Positions 62,605 to 64,000 of a stretch of 64,000 bases of DNA are shown here, piece by piece. This DNA is from Podarcis erhardii. Taxonomy: Eukaryota. The notes under the pieces are model-generated. The model was not told the origin of the DNA and ran no database searches. It saw nothing but the letters and a program-made list of their open reading frames with translations. The translations under genes were made by a program, and so were the position numbers. How positions within the stretch are numbered: position 1 is the first letter of the stretch; each line of letters starts with the position of its first letter. Location of the stretch: NCBI GenBank assembly GCA_964252035.1, contig OZ176203.1. One strand, 5' to 3'.

Positions 62605-62765
62605 CTGGTATCCAGGTATGGATCTAACAGATTCTACAACTGCTAGAGAAACCAAATGCTGAATAAAAGGAATTCTTCGTCCCAGTTCAGAAGATAAAGG
62701 AATGGTGATATGTAGAGTTGATAAAGCAGCTCCCACAGGACTCAGCCAAGCATTCCCACCACGGC
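62605..62765 (-). CDS. HLCS: HLCS exon (161 nt), GRGGNAW biotin-binding loop (missed by the ORF track)
   Basis: tttaag|GC CGT GGT...TAC CAG|gtattg; (G)[53 protein letters not shown]. Confidence 0.97.
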
Positions 62766-63535
62766 CTTAAAAAAAGGGGAACAAGTATTTATGTGAAAGT
62801 TTTATTTTGTTATATAAAAAGAAAGCTTCATCAGTTCACTGAGAAAATCTAATGAAATATTTTGAAGGCGTTCTAATATATTGATGGTTTAAAGTTTTTA
62901 CATTGTTTCTTTCTTTTTTTATATAATAATATTTATTAAAGTTTCAAAAAAAGTTACAAGTTTCTTTCTGTTTTTAATTCACAAGTAAAAAATCATATAT
63001 ATGTGATTTGATTACACCGTAAGTTGTAGCAATAAGAAATGTATGTATGTCTACTGTCAATCTCATACAATATGTCTACTTTGGCCAAAAGAGAAGAGAA
63101 ATGAAGATTAAAAACAGGAACAATCCAGTCAACGGATTAGATCCATGCTTAAATACATAATTATCAGAGGATAGGTTTTATAATTTTTCATATTAAATAC
63201 CACCTAGTTGTTGTTGTTTTTTAAAAAAGATACATTGAAAAGAACAACTTTGTGGTATATATTTGTCATGCCAAAAAAAGCATACAGCTGGTAGTAGTTC
63301 TCTGTCACAGAACTGGGGTGTGGTGAGATTGCATTTGGCTTCCCTAAAAAGCATCTATGAAAACTCCAATTGGATGAAAATACAGAGTCAGAAAAGTGCT
63401 TACTAACAACTCAGGATGGTTTCACACACTCTTTCACACAGCTATTTTAGCTATTTAAAATTGTAATCTTCAATGCAGATGATTATTTCCAATTCATGAA
63501 CTTGTATTGCTGACATCAGAATTACACCAACATAC

Positions 63536-63603
63536 CTTTCCCTTGAGTTTGTTGAACCGCAATCGCAATCAGACCTATTTCCTGTGGCACCTTGTACATC
63601 AAC
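63536..63603 (-). CDS. HLCS: HLCS exon (68 nt)
   Basis: ttgcag|G TTG ATG TAC...GGG AAA G|gtatgt; LMYKVPQEIGLIAIAVQQTQGK. The five exons sum to 730 nt in frame to the stop. Confidence 0.95.
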
Positions 63604-64000
63604 CTGCAAATTGTAAAAAGGAAAACTCCTATTAGAACAATGTGTGGCTTTCATATAAACATTAGATTTATTATTTTTGTTACATTATCATTTCAGCTTC
63701 AGGTCAAAAATGTTAAAACAATGGGAAAGGCAAAACATATAGAAAAATGTTGCAATGAAAATATCAAATCTATAACAGCAGGATATATTTCAATCAAGTA
63801 GCTGCACTTCCTACATTTCTTTTTGAGGTGCTTATTCCCACTAAAGTGTTTCACTATCTTCCATATGTGACAACCAGCAATTTCTAACATTTGTTACTAC
63901 TTATAGCAAATTCATGACTATACTCCTGAATACAGCAACAGCAGCAGTTTCTGATTATTTAGAAAACCAGTATGGTGGCAATAAAGCAGTTTAAGAGAGA

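Overview
Eukaryotic (vertebrate) genomic DNA, almost certainly a squamate reptile and probably a lacertid lizard, inferred from near-consensus Sauria SINEs plus CR1, L2, L1-clade, Penelope, hAT and Tc1/pogo elements. The + strand carries SIM2 (bHLH-PAS) coding exons 2-11 (14647-44176). All exons have AG/GT boundaries and join in frame (2135 nt from exon 2 to the stop). Exon 1 (bHLH) is not in the window, so 1-14646 is intron 1 and is CpG-rich. The - strand carries the last five coding exons of HLCS (holocarboxylase synthetase; 63603 down to 55282), convergent with SIM2 as on human chr21. Most notable non-genic signals: (1) a Penelope-derived hammerhead ribozyme core in sense orientation in SIM2 intron 4, inside a cluster of duplications and a perfect 28-nt palindrome that could toggle its fold; (2) a Sauria SINE and a young L1-clade fragment inserted back-to-back at one target site in an HLCS intron, leaving three copies of the target duplication and a sense-strand poly(A) signal; (3) two 242-bp MITE copies about 98% identical, inverted and 1.3 kb apart, in SIM2 intron 1; (4) a possible very short SIM2s-type read-through isoform and a long terminal exon lacking the mammalian Pro/Ala-rich composition. 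No prokaryotic-type systems, CRISPR arrays, rRNA or bona fide tRNA genes were seen. Everything was read by eye; repeat family names come from remembered consensus features, not database searches.
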